From the NCBI GenBank assembly GCA_041480185.1, contig JBGOZL010000001.1, positions 1 to 24,658 on the forward strand: DNA of 24,658 bases, given 5' to 3'. Numbering within the stretch: the first letter of the stretch is position 1; every line of letters starts with the position of its first letter. A program made the position numbers and the translations under genes. Positions 7,044 through 15,863 of this stretch are shown piece after piece. This stretch comes from Anaerolineae bacterium (GTDB lineage: Bacteria > Chloroflexota > Anaerolineae > Anaerolineales > Villigracilaceae). The notes under the pieces were generated by a model. The model was not told the origin of the DNA. It ran no database searches and saw only the letters and a list, made by a program, of their open reading frames with translations.

Positions 7044-10000
7044 ATGCCAAAAAAAGAAGAACCCCGCGATAAATTCCACCGTTTGGTGGACCCAGAAGGT
7101 GAGACACAAGCCGAGCCGCCTGCCGAAGAATACACCCCTGGCAGCGGAACGCGCCCCATCCGTCATCCCGCGGTGGACGAGAACGGCATGCCTTTGCCGC
7201 GTCACGTGGAAGAGATTGACATGGGGGCGACGCATGTCAAGCAAGCTGCTTATGAGCATACTCCCACTCCCACGGCGCGCCGACCGAAAACAGTCCCGCG
7301 CGTACCACCAGTCCCTATCCGTAAATCATTCAACTGGTCGAAGGCGGGCAGTTGTCTGTTGCGCGGACTGATAATCAGTACTTTTATTGTCGTGGCCCTT
7401 GGGCTGGTCATGACCGCGGTTGGCATGTATGAGTATTATTCCATTTCTGCCAGCCTTCCCAGCGTGAGTGATTTGAAGCAACGCGCTTCGCAGTTCGAAA
7501 CAACCCGCATCCTTGATCGAAATGGCGATGTGTTGTACGAAATTAACGATCCAAACGCGGGTCGGCGTACCTACGTTCCGTTGAAAGAAATATCTCCCCT
7601 CTTGGTGGCGGCGACAATCTCGACCGAGGATAAGGACTTCTATACACACGGTGGATTCGATCCGCTTGCCATCCTGCGTGCTTTCTGGCAGAATATCACC
7701 AGCGGCGAGACCGTTTCAGGTGCTTCAACCATTACCCAGCAATTGGCGCGAGCCTTGCTCTTCACCCCCGAAGAACGCGGCCAAAGGACCTATTTGCGAA
7801 AAGTACGCGAGGCCATCTTATCCTCAGAAATTGAGCGCCGCTACAGTAAAGACGAAATCCTCGAGCTCTACCTGAACGAAATTTATTACGGCAGCCTGTC
7901 CTATGGTGTGGAAGCTGCCGCCGAAACCTATTTTAGCAAGACTGCCGGCCAATTGACCCTCCCTGAAGCAGCTTTTCTAGCTGGTCTACCGCAGGCCCCT
8001 TCGGTGTACGACATCTACACCAACCGGGATGTTACCATGGTTCGTTTCCAAAACGTTGTCATGGGAATGCTTGCGTTGAGCATTGAACGACACTGCATCT
8101 ATATCAGCAACTCCCCCGACCCGGTCTGCGTGGATGGACCCGCCGCTGCAGCAGCGATCCAGTATATTCAGAACCTGGCCTTCAATCCTCCTACAGTTAT
8201 TATGCGTTACCCACATTGGGTGCAGTATATTCGGACCCTGCTCGAGCAGCAATTTGACCCGCAAACGATTTACCGTTCCGGTTTTACTGTCTACACCACG
8301 CTCGACCCAGACCTTGAAGATGCCGCACAGCAATCTGTCTCTACACAGGTGGTGGCACTGGCGGAAAAGCACGTCACTGACGGGGCGCTGGTGGCAATTA
8401 AACCGTCCACAGGCGAAATCCTGGCAATGGTCGGTTCACCTGATTTCTTCAATGATGCCAATGCCGGGCAAATTAATATGGCGGTCAGTCCAACACGCCA
8501 GCCCGGTTCGTCCATCAAACCCTTTACCTACCTGGCAGCTTTTGAAAAGGGCTGGACCCCCTCCACGCTTATTTGGGATGTGCCTTCGGAATTCCCGCCC
8601 TCTGGCTTGCCCAATGACCCGAACCCACCCTACGTTCCGAACAACTTTGACCATAAATTCCATGGCCCGGTCACTGTCCGCACAGCGCTGGCGAACTCGT
8701 ACAATGTCCCTGCAGTCAAGACCCTGCAGTTCGTTGGTGTCTATGATGACCCATCCACGCCCCAGAAAGACGGCTTGATCGGAATGGCTGAGCGCATGGG
8801 GATTACCAGCCTGACCCGGGCTGACTATGGCCTCTCCCTCACATTAGGCGGTGGAGAAGTTAGCCTGCTGGAGATGACCGGCGGCTATGCAGTCATCGCT
8901 AATAGCGGGCTGAGGGTACCCCCTGTGGCGATTTCGAAAATTGTGGATTTCCAAGGCAACGTGGTCTACCAATACCAGACTCCTGCAGGTGAACAGGTCA
9001 TCAGTCCTGAACATGCTTTCCTAATGTCTTCTATCCTATCCGATAATTCCGCCCGTTTACCTGTCTTCGGCCCTAATTCGATAATCAACCTGCCCTTCCA
9101 GGTGGCGGTCAAGACCGGGACCTCGAACGACTCGCGTGATAACTGGACGCTCGGTTACACTCCTGACGTGGCAGTGGGCGTCTGGGTGGGAAATGCTGAT
9201 TTCTCTCCAATGCAAAATACCACCGGTATAACTGGGGCCGGACCGATCTGGGCTGAATTCATGACCTATGCGATCAATCGCCTCACCGCTGGAAATCCAA
9301 CTTCTTTTGTGCGCCCGGCAGGAGTTGAGGAACACACCATCTGTACTGTCTCGGGGACGCAGCCATCTCAGTGGTGTCCCAGTGTGCGCGAGGAGTATTT
9401 CGCTCCGGGGCAACCCCCCCTGCCTCCCGACCAAGACCTGTGGCGCAAAATTCAAGTGGACACCTGGACAAACCTGGGGGCCTCCCCTGAATGCCCTGAT
9501 ACCTTTGTAGATGAATATTTGGCAATCAATGTCATCGATGATTCGGCTCGCAAATGGATCAGTCAGGATCAACAAGGCCAGCAATGGGCACGTGACGTGG
9601 GATTTGAAAATATATACTTTGTCCCCGAAAGGAAATGCGCTGCCTCTGATCCGCATCCGAACCTGAACTTTGTTGGTCTGGAGGAGGGACAGACAATTAC
9701 ACAAAATATGCTGGATATTAGCATCGTGGCCGATGCCACCAGTGGATTCAATTCCTGGCGATTGGAATGGGGTCCTGCCAGTGACTTGGAAAATTTGACC
9801 ACGCTGTACGGGAATATTAATACACCTGTTTCGACGCCGACCAAGGTTTATACCTGGGACATGACTGGAATACCCAACGAACAGATTATCCTGCGCCTAT
9901 ACATGCAAGGGGATGGGAATACCTATGCTGATAAAAATATCCACCTGAACTTGAGTCTTCCTACCCCCACGCCGACCCCAACAGAGACCCCCACACCAAC

Positions 10001-10115
10001 GCCGTCTATCACGCCTTCTCTAACAGAATCTCCAACTGAGACGCCAACCCCATCTGGGACGCTGACTCCATCCGAGACACCCACCCCATCACCAATCCCA
10101 ACGGACACACCCTAA
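7044..10115 (+). CDS. Class A (bifunctional transglycosylase/transpeptidase) penicillin-binding protein, 1023 aa
   Basis: One TM (LIISTFIVVALGLVMTAVGMY). GT51 motifs EDKDFYTHGG, GASTITQQL, RKVRE, KDEILELYLN. Transpeptidase SxxK (GSSIK), SxN (SYN), KTG (KTGT). C-terminal CTVSG...CP...E.F..G..P segment and Pro/Thr tail. Confidence 0.96.
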   Translation: MPKKEEPRDKFHRLVDPEGETQAEPPAEEYTPGSGTRPIRHPAVDENGMPLPRHVEEIDMGATHVKQAAYEHTPTPTARRPKTVPRVPPVPIRKSFNWSKAGSCLLRGLIISTFIVVALGLVMTAVGMYEYYSISASLPSVSDLKQRASQFETTRILDRNGDVLYEINDPNAGRRTYVPLKEISPLLVAATISTEDKDFYTHGGFDPLAILRAFWQNITSGETVSGASTITQQLARALLFTPEERGQRTYLRKVREAILSSEIERRYSKDEILELYLNEIYYGSLSYGVEAAAETYFSKTAGQLTLPEAAFLAGLPQAPSVYDIYTNRDVTMVRFQNVVMGMLALSIERHCIYISNSPDPVCVDGPAAAAAIQYIQNLAFNPPTVIMRYPHWVQYIRTLLEQQFDPQTIYRSGFTVYTTLDPDLEDAAQQSVSTQVVALAEKHVTDGALVAIKPSTGEILAMVGSPDFFNDANAGQINMAVSPTRQPGSSIKPFTYLAAFEKGWTPSTLIWDVPSEFPPSGLPNDPNPPYVPNNFDHKFHGPVTVRTALANSYNVPAVKTLQFVGVYDDPSTPQKDGLIGMAERMGITSLTRADYGLSLTLGGGEVSLLEMTGGYAVIANSGLRVPPVAISKIVDFQGNVVYQYQTPAGEQVISPEHAFLMSSILSDNSARLPVFGPNSIINLPFQVAVKTGTSNDSRDNWTLGYTPDVAVGVWVGNADFSPMQNTTGITGAGPIWAEFMTYAINRLTAGNPTSFVRPAGVEEHTICTVSGTQPSQWCPSVREEYFAPGQPPLPPDQDLWRKIQVDTWTNLGASPECPDTFVDEYLAINVIDDSARKWISQDQQGQQWARDVGFENIYFVPERKCAASDPHPNLNFVGLEEGQTITQNMLDISIVADATSGFNSWRLEWGPASDLENLTTLYGNINTPVSTPTKVYTWDMTGIPNEQIILRLYMQGDGNTYADKNIHLNLSLPTPTPTPTETPTPTPSITPSLTESPTETPTPSGTLTPSETPTPSPIPTDTP
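9960..10112 (+). repeat. Coding low-complexity Pro/Thr/Ser repeat (51 aa) at the PBP C-terminus
   Basis: PTPTPTPTETPTPTPSITPSLTESPTETPTPSGTLTPSETPTPSPIPTDTP; synonymous codons vary, so it is a protein-level repeat. Confidence 0.9.
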
Positions 10116-10127
10116 AATAAATAAATA

Positions 10128-10147
10128 CTCCGAAACGAAATTCGGAG
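10128..10147. terminator. Probable bidirectional terminator between PBP and kinase
   Basis: CTCCGAA-acgaaa-TTCGGAG hairpin, preceded by AAAATAAATAAATA and followed by CATTTT. Confidence 0.65.
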
Positions 10148-10171
10148 CATTTTACGATGTCACTCTGCGCG

Positions 10172-12340
10172 TCAGGGTTTTCTAATCGGCCGCCAGGCTG
10201 GATCGAATTCCATGGTCGGGGTATCCGTCAGGCGCTCGACGACTCCTGTTCCATCCGCCTTTACAAGAAAAATATCATAATCCAACCGGCTGGAATCCTC
10301 ATTATCCTTACTTTCATATGCCACCCAAGCCCCATCCGGTGAATATGCTCCATGCATGCCATTTGTCCCCGTTCGCAGGTGAACTACCTCAGTCGCCTGG
10401 TAATCAGAACGCATCAACCACCCCAGTTCCTGGGCGCCATATGTCTCAGTAAACAGGATGGTTTTCCCGTCTGGTGACCAATCCGGCAGGGAATTCCAAA
10501 GATCTGCTCCGCGATGGATGAGGAAAGATTGACCGAGGCCGGCATCGCTCATCACCCAGATTTGCAGGGAATTTGTGAGAGGGCCGTGGCCGGTAAAGAC
10601 GATCTGGGTCCCGCTTGGCGACCATGCAGGCTGCATTGACCAGTCTGGCAGGAGAACATCGCCGGACGCTCCGGTCAGGCGAGAAACCATGTTGTTTCCC
10701 AGGGTCAGGACATAGATCTGGGGCGAGCCATCGCGTAGCGAAGCGAATGCGATCCGCGTCCCGTCCGGTGACCAGGATGGATCAAAGTCCCCGTCTGCCC
10801 CGGTTGCCAGGGGATCTGTCAAGCCGCTGCTGTCAGCATTGATAATGTACAGATTTGCACCTGGGTATTGGTCCTGGCGTTTTGAACAAGGGGAGGTGAA
10901 AACCAGGCGCTCCCCGTCCGGAGACCAGTCAGGCTGACAAGCGCCAAAGATCATATTAGTTACCTGGTGGGGATTGCTGCCATCGGCATTCATGATGAAT
11001 ATTTGCGGAACCCCGGCATGGTCAGAGGCGTATGCGATCTGGCTGTAGCCTCCGCCTAGGGAAGTGGGAGTCGGTTCCGGCGTCTGGGTGGGTGTGGAAG
11101 TAAGGGAAGGTGTGAAACTCGCCAAAAGCGTCCTTGTGACTGTGGAAGAGGGTTGCAGGATGGCTGGATTGCTTTGTGTGAGAGGTGGCGGCACGCTGCT
11201 CAAAACCTGACCTTCGGGTGTGCCTGCTCTTGAAGTTGGAGAAGAAGTGTGTGTAGACGAAGCCAACACGCTTGGAAATGCCTTCATGAGAGGAGACCAA
11301 AAGACGAGAATGGAAATAAACGCTATTACGATGGTCAATAGGAAGAATGAAACGAAAATCCACCTACTAGTGCTGCGGGGTTTCCTGTGTGGTTTGGATG
11401 GCGGTGCCGGGGTTGGGCGAATTCCGGTGTCGGCAGGCAATTCGTTTGCAAGCTTGTTGATTTCTTCAGACTCCGCTGCCTGAGGGGGCGGCGCGACGAG
11501 AATTTCACCTTCCGGTTTTTGTACATGACTGTTTGCATCCAGCAATGCCTGCCTGAAATCCTCCGCAGACTGGAACCGGTCCTCCGGGTGGACCGCCAAG
11601 GCCTTTTCGATCGCGGCTGCCAGTTTACGCGAGATATGCGGGTTGCGTTCCCGGAGGGGGACTAATTCGACATTGTCCATGGCTCGCGCCAGGCTATCTT
11701 CGGGGATGACGCCAGTCAGTGCAGCATAAAGCGTCGCACCGAGGGAGTAGACGTCTGTCCGGGGACCGGTGCGACCCGTACCGTATTGTTCAGGGGGGGA
11801 ATATCCGGGCGTCATGGCGCGCGCCCCGGTGGTGGTCGCTTGCCCGTCTTTGACTAGTTTCGCCAGACCGAAATCTACCAGGTAGATGTGTCCATCCTTA
11901 GAGATGCGGACGTTCCCTGGTTTGAGGTCTCGGTGAATGATGGACGGTTTACGCGTGTGCAGGTATTCTAGTGCGTCGCACATGGCTGTCCCGATCAGGA
12001 TGGTTTCTTCTTCAGAAATGGGACCAATCCGTTCCATGCGGTCGCGCAGGTCTTCCCCATCAATATAATCCATGATCAGGTATTGACCTTGCTCAAGAAT
12101 CACGAAGTGATCGGTGACGCGTGGCAGGTTGGGGTGCCGCAAGTTTGCGAGGATGACCGCTTCCAAGCGGAACTGACGCGCGTAATCTTCTGTGGTGAAT
12201 AAATTTTCTTTTACTGCCACGTCCACGCCCAGATTTTCATCCACGGCGCGATATACCGATCCCATGCCCCCCTGGCCGAGAATTTCAACTATCTTGTAGC
12301 GTTTATGTAGCAATGAGCCACGTTCTAGTTTCGCACCCAT
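10172..12340 (-). CDS. Membrane Hanks-type Ser/Thr protein kinase with C-terminal TolB-like (PD40) beta-propeller
   Basis: LGQGGMGSVY, VAVK, HRDLKPGN, DFG, GYSPPEQ, DVYSLG; TM WIFVSFFLLTIVIAFISILVFW; S/T/P linker; repeated P.WSPDG..I.F units. Confidence 0.95.
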   Translation of the reverse strand: MGAKLERGSLLHKRYKIVEILGQGGMGSVYRAVDENLGVDVAVKENLFTTEDYARQFRLEAVILANLRHPNLPRVTDHFVILEQGQYLIMDYIDGEDLRDRMERIGPISEEETILIGTAMCDALEYLHTRKPSIIHRDLKPGNVRISKDGHIYLVDFGLAKLVKDGQATTTGARAMTPGYSPPEQYGTGRTGPRTDVYSLGATLYAALTGVIPEDSLARAMDNVELVPLRERNPHISRKLAAAIEKALAVHPEDRFQSAEDFRQALLDANSHVQKPEGEILVAPPPQAAESEEINKLANELPADTGIRPTPAPPSKPHRKPRSTSRWIFVSFFLLTIVIAFISILVFWSPLMKAFPSVLASSTHTSSPTSRAGTPEGQVLSSVPPPLTQSNPAILQPSSTVTRTLLASFTPSLTSTPTQTPEPTPTSLGGGYSQIAYASDHAGVPQIFIMNADGSNPHQVTNMIFGACQPDWSPDGERLVFTSPCSKRQDQYPGANLYIINADSSGLTDPLATGADGDFDPSWSPDGTRIAFASLRDGSPQIYVLTLGNNMVSRLTGASGDVLLPDWSMQPAWSPSGTQIVFTGHGPLTNSLQIWVMSDAGLGQSFLIHRGADLWNSLPDWSPDGKTILFTETYGAQELGWLMRSDYQATEVVHLRTGTNGMHGAYSPDGAWVAYESKDNEDSSRLDYDIFLVKADGTGVVERLTDTPTMEFDPAWRPIRKP

Positions 12341-12349
12341 ACCGGGTTG

Positions 12350-12358
12350 ATTATATCA
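12350..12358 (-). promoter_or_regulatory. Extended -10 TGaTATAAT for the kinase
   Basis: Perfect extended -10, 9 nt upstream of ATG 12340; no SD. Confidence 0.6.
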
Positions 12359-12402
12359 GAGCAAAAAATCGACTGGGCAATTTGTATGGTAACCGCAAAG
12401 TT

Positions 12403-13383
12403 TCATGCTGCTTTCCCAGCCAACTTAAATTTCACAAAAATCCATGGTGCACCGGCAGAAACCCAAGCTCCCACCAGGGTATAGCGAATATAGCGTAGAA
12501 TGAATGGAAGCACTGCTTCTCCGCCGGGGGCAATTAATCCAAAGAGCACATCCAGTCCCAAGTAGAAGATTAGGATGCCTATTGCCCCCATTACGAAACG
12601 CAGAATACGTTTCCAAATGGGGCCGTCCGACTTGAACCCCCCCTGACGATTGAACCAGGCCAGCCCTGCCATCAGTCCGAACAAAGTGCCACCAGATACC
12701 AGGGCACCTTCAAGCGAAACTGCCTGGGTGGCGAAAGAGGCCCATTCAGAGGGTGGCTGCCAGTTTGGTATTTTTAACCATAGGTATGGGATGAGGGAAA
12801 AGAGAATGAGCACCAGTGATCCAAGGAAAGCCCCAAAAATTTGTTGCCCCAGGCTCATCTTTTTCAGCCAATCAGCCACCGGTTTCCAGAAACGCAAAAC
12901 GAGCCAAAGCGTAGCAGCCCCTATCAACCAACCTGCAATTACATCCTGAGGGAAATGGACTCCCAGGTACATGCGCGAGATGCCTATCAGAAGGATGATC
13001 AGGATTGCGATCAGCCATCCCCACCACTTGCGCAGGCTGGCGGCCAGCATTCCCCATACACCCACTGCAATCTGGGCATGTCCCGAAGGCACACCGAACG
13101 ATGTCTCACTGGCATAGCGAATCACATCTGTACTTATCCAATACGGACGCGGTCCGTGCAATGCCATTTTGAGTGCATCGTTGACCGAAGTGCTCAAGAG
13201 AAGGATAAATCCAACACGCAGACCAATACTCGCCTCCAGGCACCAGTAGAGCGCCGGCAGGAGAATTAGAAAAAAATATTCGCTCCCAAGGAAAGAGAAA
13301 GCCTCCATGGGTGTTTTCAGCCAACTGCCCAGGTTCTGAAAGAAAATATTCCAGGTAATCCCAATGTTCAGGATGGTTTCCAC
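12403..13383 (-). CDS. PAP2-family membrane phosphatase
   Basis: All three PAP2 motifs: KMALHGPRP, PSGH, SRMYLGVHFPQD. Multiple TMs. GTG start with AAGGAG SD. Confidence 0.93.
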   Translation of the reverse strand: METILNIGITWNIFFQNLGSWLKTPMEAFSFLGSEYFFLILLPALYWCLEASIGLRVGFILLLSTSVNDALKMALHGPRPYWISTDVIRYASETSFGVPSGHAQIAVGVWGMLAASLRKWWGWLIAILIILLIGISRMYLGVHFPQDVIAGWLIGAATLWLVLRFWKPVADWLKKMSLGQQIFGAFLGSLVLILFSLIPYLWLKIPNWQPPSEWASFATQAVSLEGALVSGGTLFGLMAGLAWFNRQGGFKSDGPIWKRILRFVMGAIGILIFYLGLDVLFGLIAPGGEAVLPFILRYIRYTLVGAWVSAGAPWIFVKFKLAGKAA

Positions 13384-13400
13384 GGTGTCACTCCTTGAGA

Positions 13401-13430
13401 TTGACGATTATATGATAAGTATTGTACACT
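13401..13430 (+). promoter_or_regulatory. Sigma70 promoter TTGACG-18 nt-TACACT, probably leaderless, for the transglutaminase gene
   Basis: -35 at 13401-13406, -10 at 13425-13430, 6 nt to ATG 13437, no SD. A TATAAT on the minus strand (13412-13407) could serve the divergent PAP2 gene. Confidence 0.6.
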
Positions 13431-13436
13431 CAATGA

Positions 13437-15806
13437 ATGAAACGTGTGCCCGACCGTTTTTGGGATTTTCCCTCAGCAGGCATCCTCACCCTGGTCCTGC
13501 TGACTGTTTCCCAACGGCTGTACGCTACCGACTGGGCTCCGGGACTTGATATAGCCGTGTTCCTGGCTTTCCTGGGCGTCTTGCTGGGACTGGGGCTCGG
13601 GGCAAGCTATTTCAAACCCCTGGGCATTTTCTGGCTCGCCTTCGGATATACCATTACGATCATTCCTTTGGTGGCTGCGGGAATTTTTTATCAAAATATC
13701 TCCTGGACGGAGCGGATGTTCAGCCTGTCCGGTCGGCTGGAAAACGGTATTTCACTTTTTACCTCTTCTCAACCGGTCCCGGATACGATCCTATTCGTCA
13801 TCTTTGCCGGGCTTGGATTCTGGGTCATTAGCGTGCTGGCAGGATATACATTGACGAACCGGGGGGATTTTATCGCCGCGGTTGTGCCATCCGGGATCAT
13901 TTTATTTATTATCCAGCTCTATGATTCCGGGGTGGGGGATAGAGTGGTAATCCTGGCGATTTATGCATTCCTGTGTCTCCTGTTGCTGGGACGGTTGACA
14001 TACGTCCACAAGCGTCTGTTTTGGAAGGTCCATCGGGTCTCATTTTCAGCCGAGTCATGGACCGATATCAACATTGCCATCCCGGTTACTGCATTGGTAT
14101 TGATTCTTGTGGCCTGGCTGACGCCAGCCACGGGGAGGCCGGTGTTTGCTGCCAAGATTGCCTGGGAGAATATAACTCGCCCGTTTGACAAGCTGCGCCA
14201 CGACCTGAGCAATGCCGTCACGGGTCTGAAAGGGGGTGTACAAGGAACCATAGTTGATTTCTATGGTGATACGCTTTCTCTCGGTCTCAGCGCCTCCACT
14301 GGCGATAATGTCTACCTGCGAATCAGCGCTCCCCTCACGGGAGGAGCAGACCGTTACTACTGGCGGGTTCGCACATATGATCAGTACCTGAATAACCAAT
14401 GGCAGAGTGGCAATACTTATACGGAGCCATTCATCCCCAACCAGACTTCCATTCAGTTGCTTAATATCAATGGTCTTGCCAGCGAGTTTGTCTTTACCAC
14501 CCCCCAGGAAAATTTAAGCCTGTTGGTCACACCTGCAAACTCGATTTGGATCAGCCGTCCCTCCGTGATGGGTTTCTCGTCGGCATCAGGTGGTATTGTT
14601 GATCCGCTCTGGTTCCGCGCCGACCCGCCCATCCTGGTCGGCGAGCAATATGTTGTCCACGCTGTTATCAATAATCCCACCGTCCTCCGACTCCAGCAGG
14701 CCGGGGTGAGTTACCCTGCCTGGGTTCAAGACCATTACCTGCAAGTACCCAAAAACCTTTCTTCTCGAATCACCGAATTGGCCCAGCGCATTACCGCGCA
14801 GGCAAAGACACCCTACGATAAGGCTATCGCCATCACCAATTACTTGCGCTCTACGATTACATATTCAGCCACTTTGGACGCCCCCCCGGCTGGAACTGAT
14901 CCGTTGGTCTGGTTCCTCTTTGATACTCGCCAGGGTTTTTGCAACTATTATGCCACTGCCGAAGTGATCCTGCTGCGCAGTGTTGGCGTCCCTACCCGGA
15001 TGGTGGTCGGATTTGCACAGGGGGAGTACTCACCTCCCGACAAGTACACCGTCCTCCAGAAAGATGCCCATGCCTGGCCGGAGGTCTATTTCCCTGGAAT
15101 CGGATGGGTGGAATTCGAGCCCACCAGCAGCCAGCCGGTACTCGACCGCCTGCCTGGTATTCTAACACCTACACAGCAGCCCTTTAATGCCACCCAGAAC
15201 GCCGGGCAGACAAACCCGAACCTGACCCCCACCCCGAATCAGGAACCTGGAGGCAGTTCCGGAACTGGTGGTGGGCCAAACAACCTGGTGACCTTGATGC
15301 TGTTTTTCGGGCTGATTGTTGTTATTATTGTTGGAGGTGTGGCAGCCTACACAACCGGTCTTTTGGATAAGATATTCCGGCGTGCTGTGTCGGTATCCCG
15401 AAAACCTTTTCCCATCCTGTTGCTCGACGCTTATGCCAGCCTTTTCATCACACCTCCTGGTTGGCTTAAACATTGGGCATATGTTGTCGGCCTGAAACCC
15501 ATCGAGCGTTCTTTCAGTGTGGTTTTTCAAAGCCTGCGCTGGCTGGGAGCCAAACCGTCCCCTGCCCGAACACCTTCTGAAGCCGCGGCCGCGCTAATCG
15601 AATACCTGCCCGTAGTCGCGGATGAAACCCGTTTGCTGTTGAAGGAATACGAGCACGCCATGTTCAGCATGCGACACACCGACCTGATAGCCGCCCGCCG
15701 GGCTGGTCGGTTGATCCGTCGCCATGCATTGCTCATGGTTATCCGCCAACGAATGACGGCATTCCTGGATGGATTCTTGAGAAGGTTTTCTCGGAAACCA
15801 GATTAA
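13437..15806 (+). CDS. TgpA-like membrane transglutaminase-domain protein (789 aa)
   Basis: N-terminal multi-TM region; YWRVRTYD; transglutaminase core GFCNYYATA, AHAWPEVY, GWVEFEPT; P/T/G linker, TM and DUF4129-like tail (ARTPSE...Y...FS). Confidence 0.9.
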   Translation: MKRVPDRFWDFPSAGILTLVLLTVSQRLYATDWAPGLDIAVFLAFLGVLLGLGLGASYFKPLGIFWLAFGYTITIIPLVAAGIFYQNISWTERMFSLSGRLENGISLFTSSQPVPDTILFVIFAGLGFWVISVLAGYTLTNRGDFIAAVVPSGIILFIIQLYDSGVGDRVVILAIYAFLCLLLLGRLTYVHKRLFWKVHRVSFSAESWTDINIAIPVTALVLILVAWLTPATGRPVFAAKIAWENITRPFDKLRHDLSNAVTGLKGGVQGTIVDFYGDTLSLGLSASTGDNVYLRISAPLTGGADRYYWRVRTYDQYLNNQWQSGNTYTEPFIPNQTSIQLLNINGLASEFVFTTPQENLSLLVTPANSIWISRPSVMGFSSASGGIVDPLWFRADPPILVGEQYVVHAVINNPTVLRLQQAGVSYPAWVQDHYLQVPKNLSSRITELAQRITAQAKTPYDKAIAITNYLRSTITYSATLDAPPAGTDPLVWFLFDTRQGFCNYYATAEVILLRSVGVPTRMVVGFAQGEYSPPDKYTVLQKDAHAWPEVYFPGIGWVEFEPTSSQPVLDRLPGILTPTQQPFNATQNAGQTNPNLTPTPNQEPGGSSGTGGGPNNLVTLMLFFGLIVVIIVGGVAAYTTGLLDKIFRRAVSVSRKPFPILLLDAYASLFITPPGWLKHWAYVVGLKPIERSFSVVFQSLRWLGAKPSPARTPSEAAAALIEYLPVVADETRLLLKEYEHAMFSMRHTDLIAARRAGRLIRRHALLMVIRQRMTAFLDGFLRRFSRKPD

Positions 15807-15863
15807 GATCTTTGTCGAAACCTTAACGCCGTTATCACACTTCTAGGGTAAACTAGGTGCAAG

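Noticed and set aside
8083-8778. 231-aa alternative-frame ORF inside the PBP gene (also 9057-9704 antisense)
   Set aside because: Fully nested in a motif-complete PBP; no SD or recognisable motifs; expected shadow ORFs in GC-rich coding DNA.
9960-10112. CRISPR-like or DNA tandem repeat
   Set aside because: Repeat is at the amino-acid level with variable codons; no constant repeat-spacer structure anywhere in the window.
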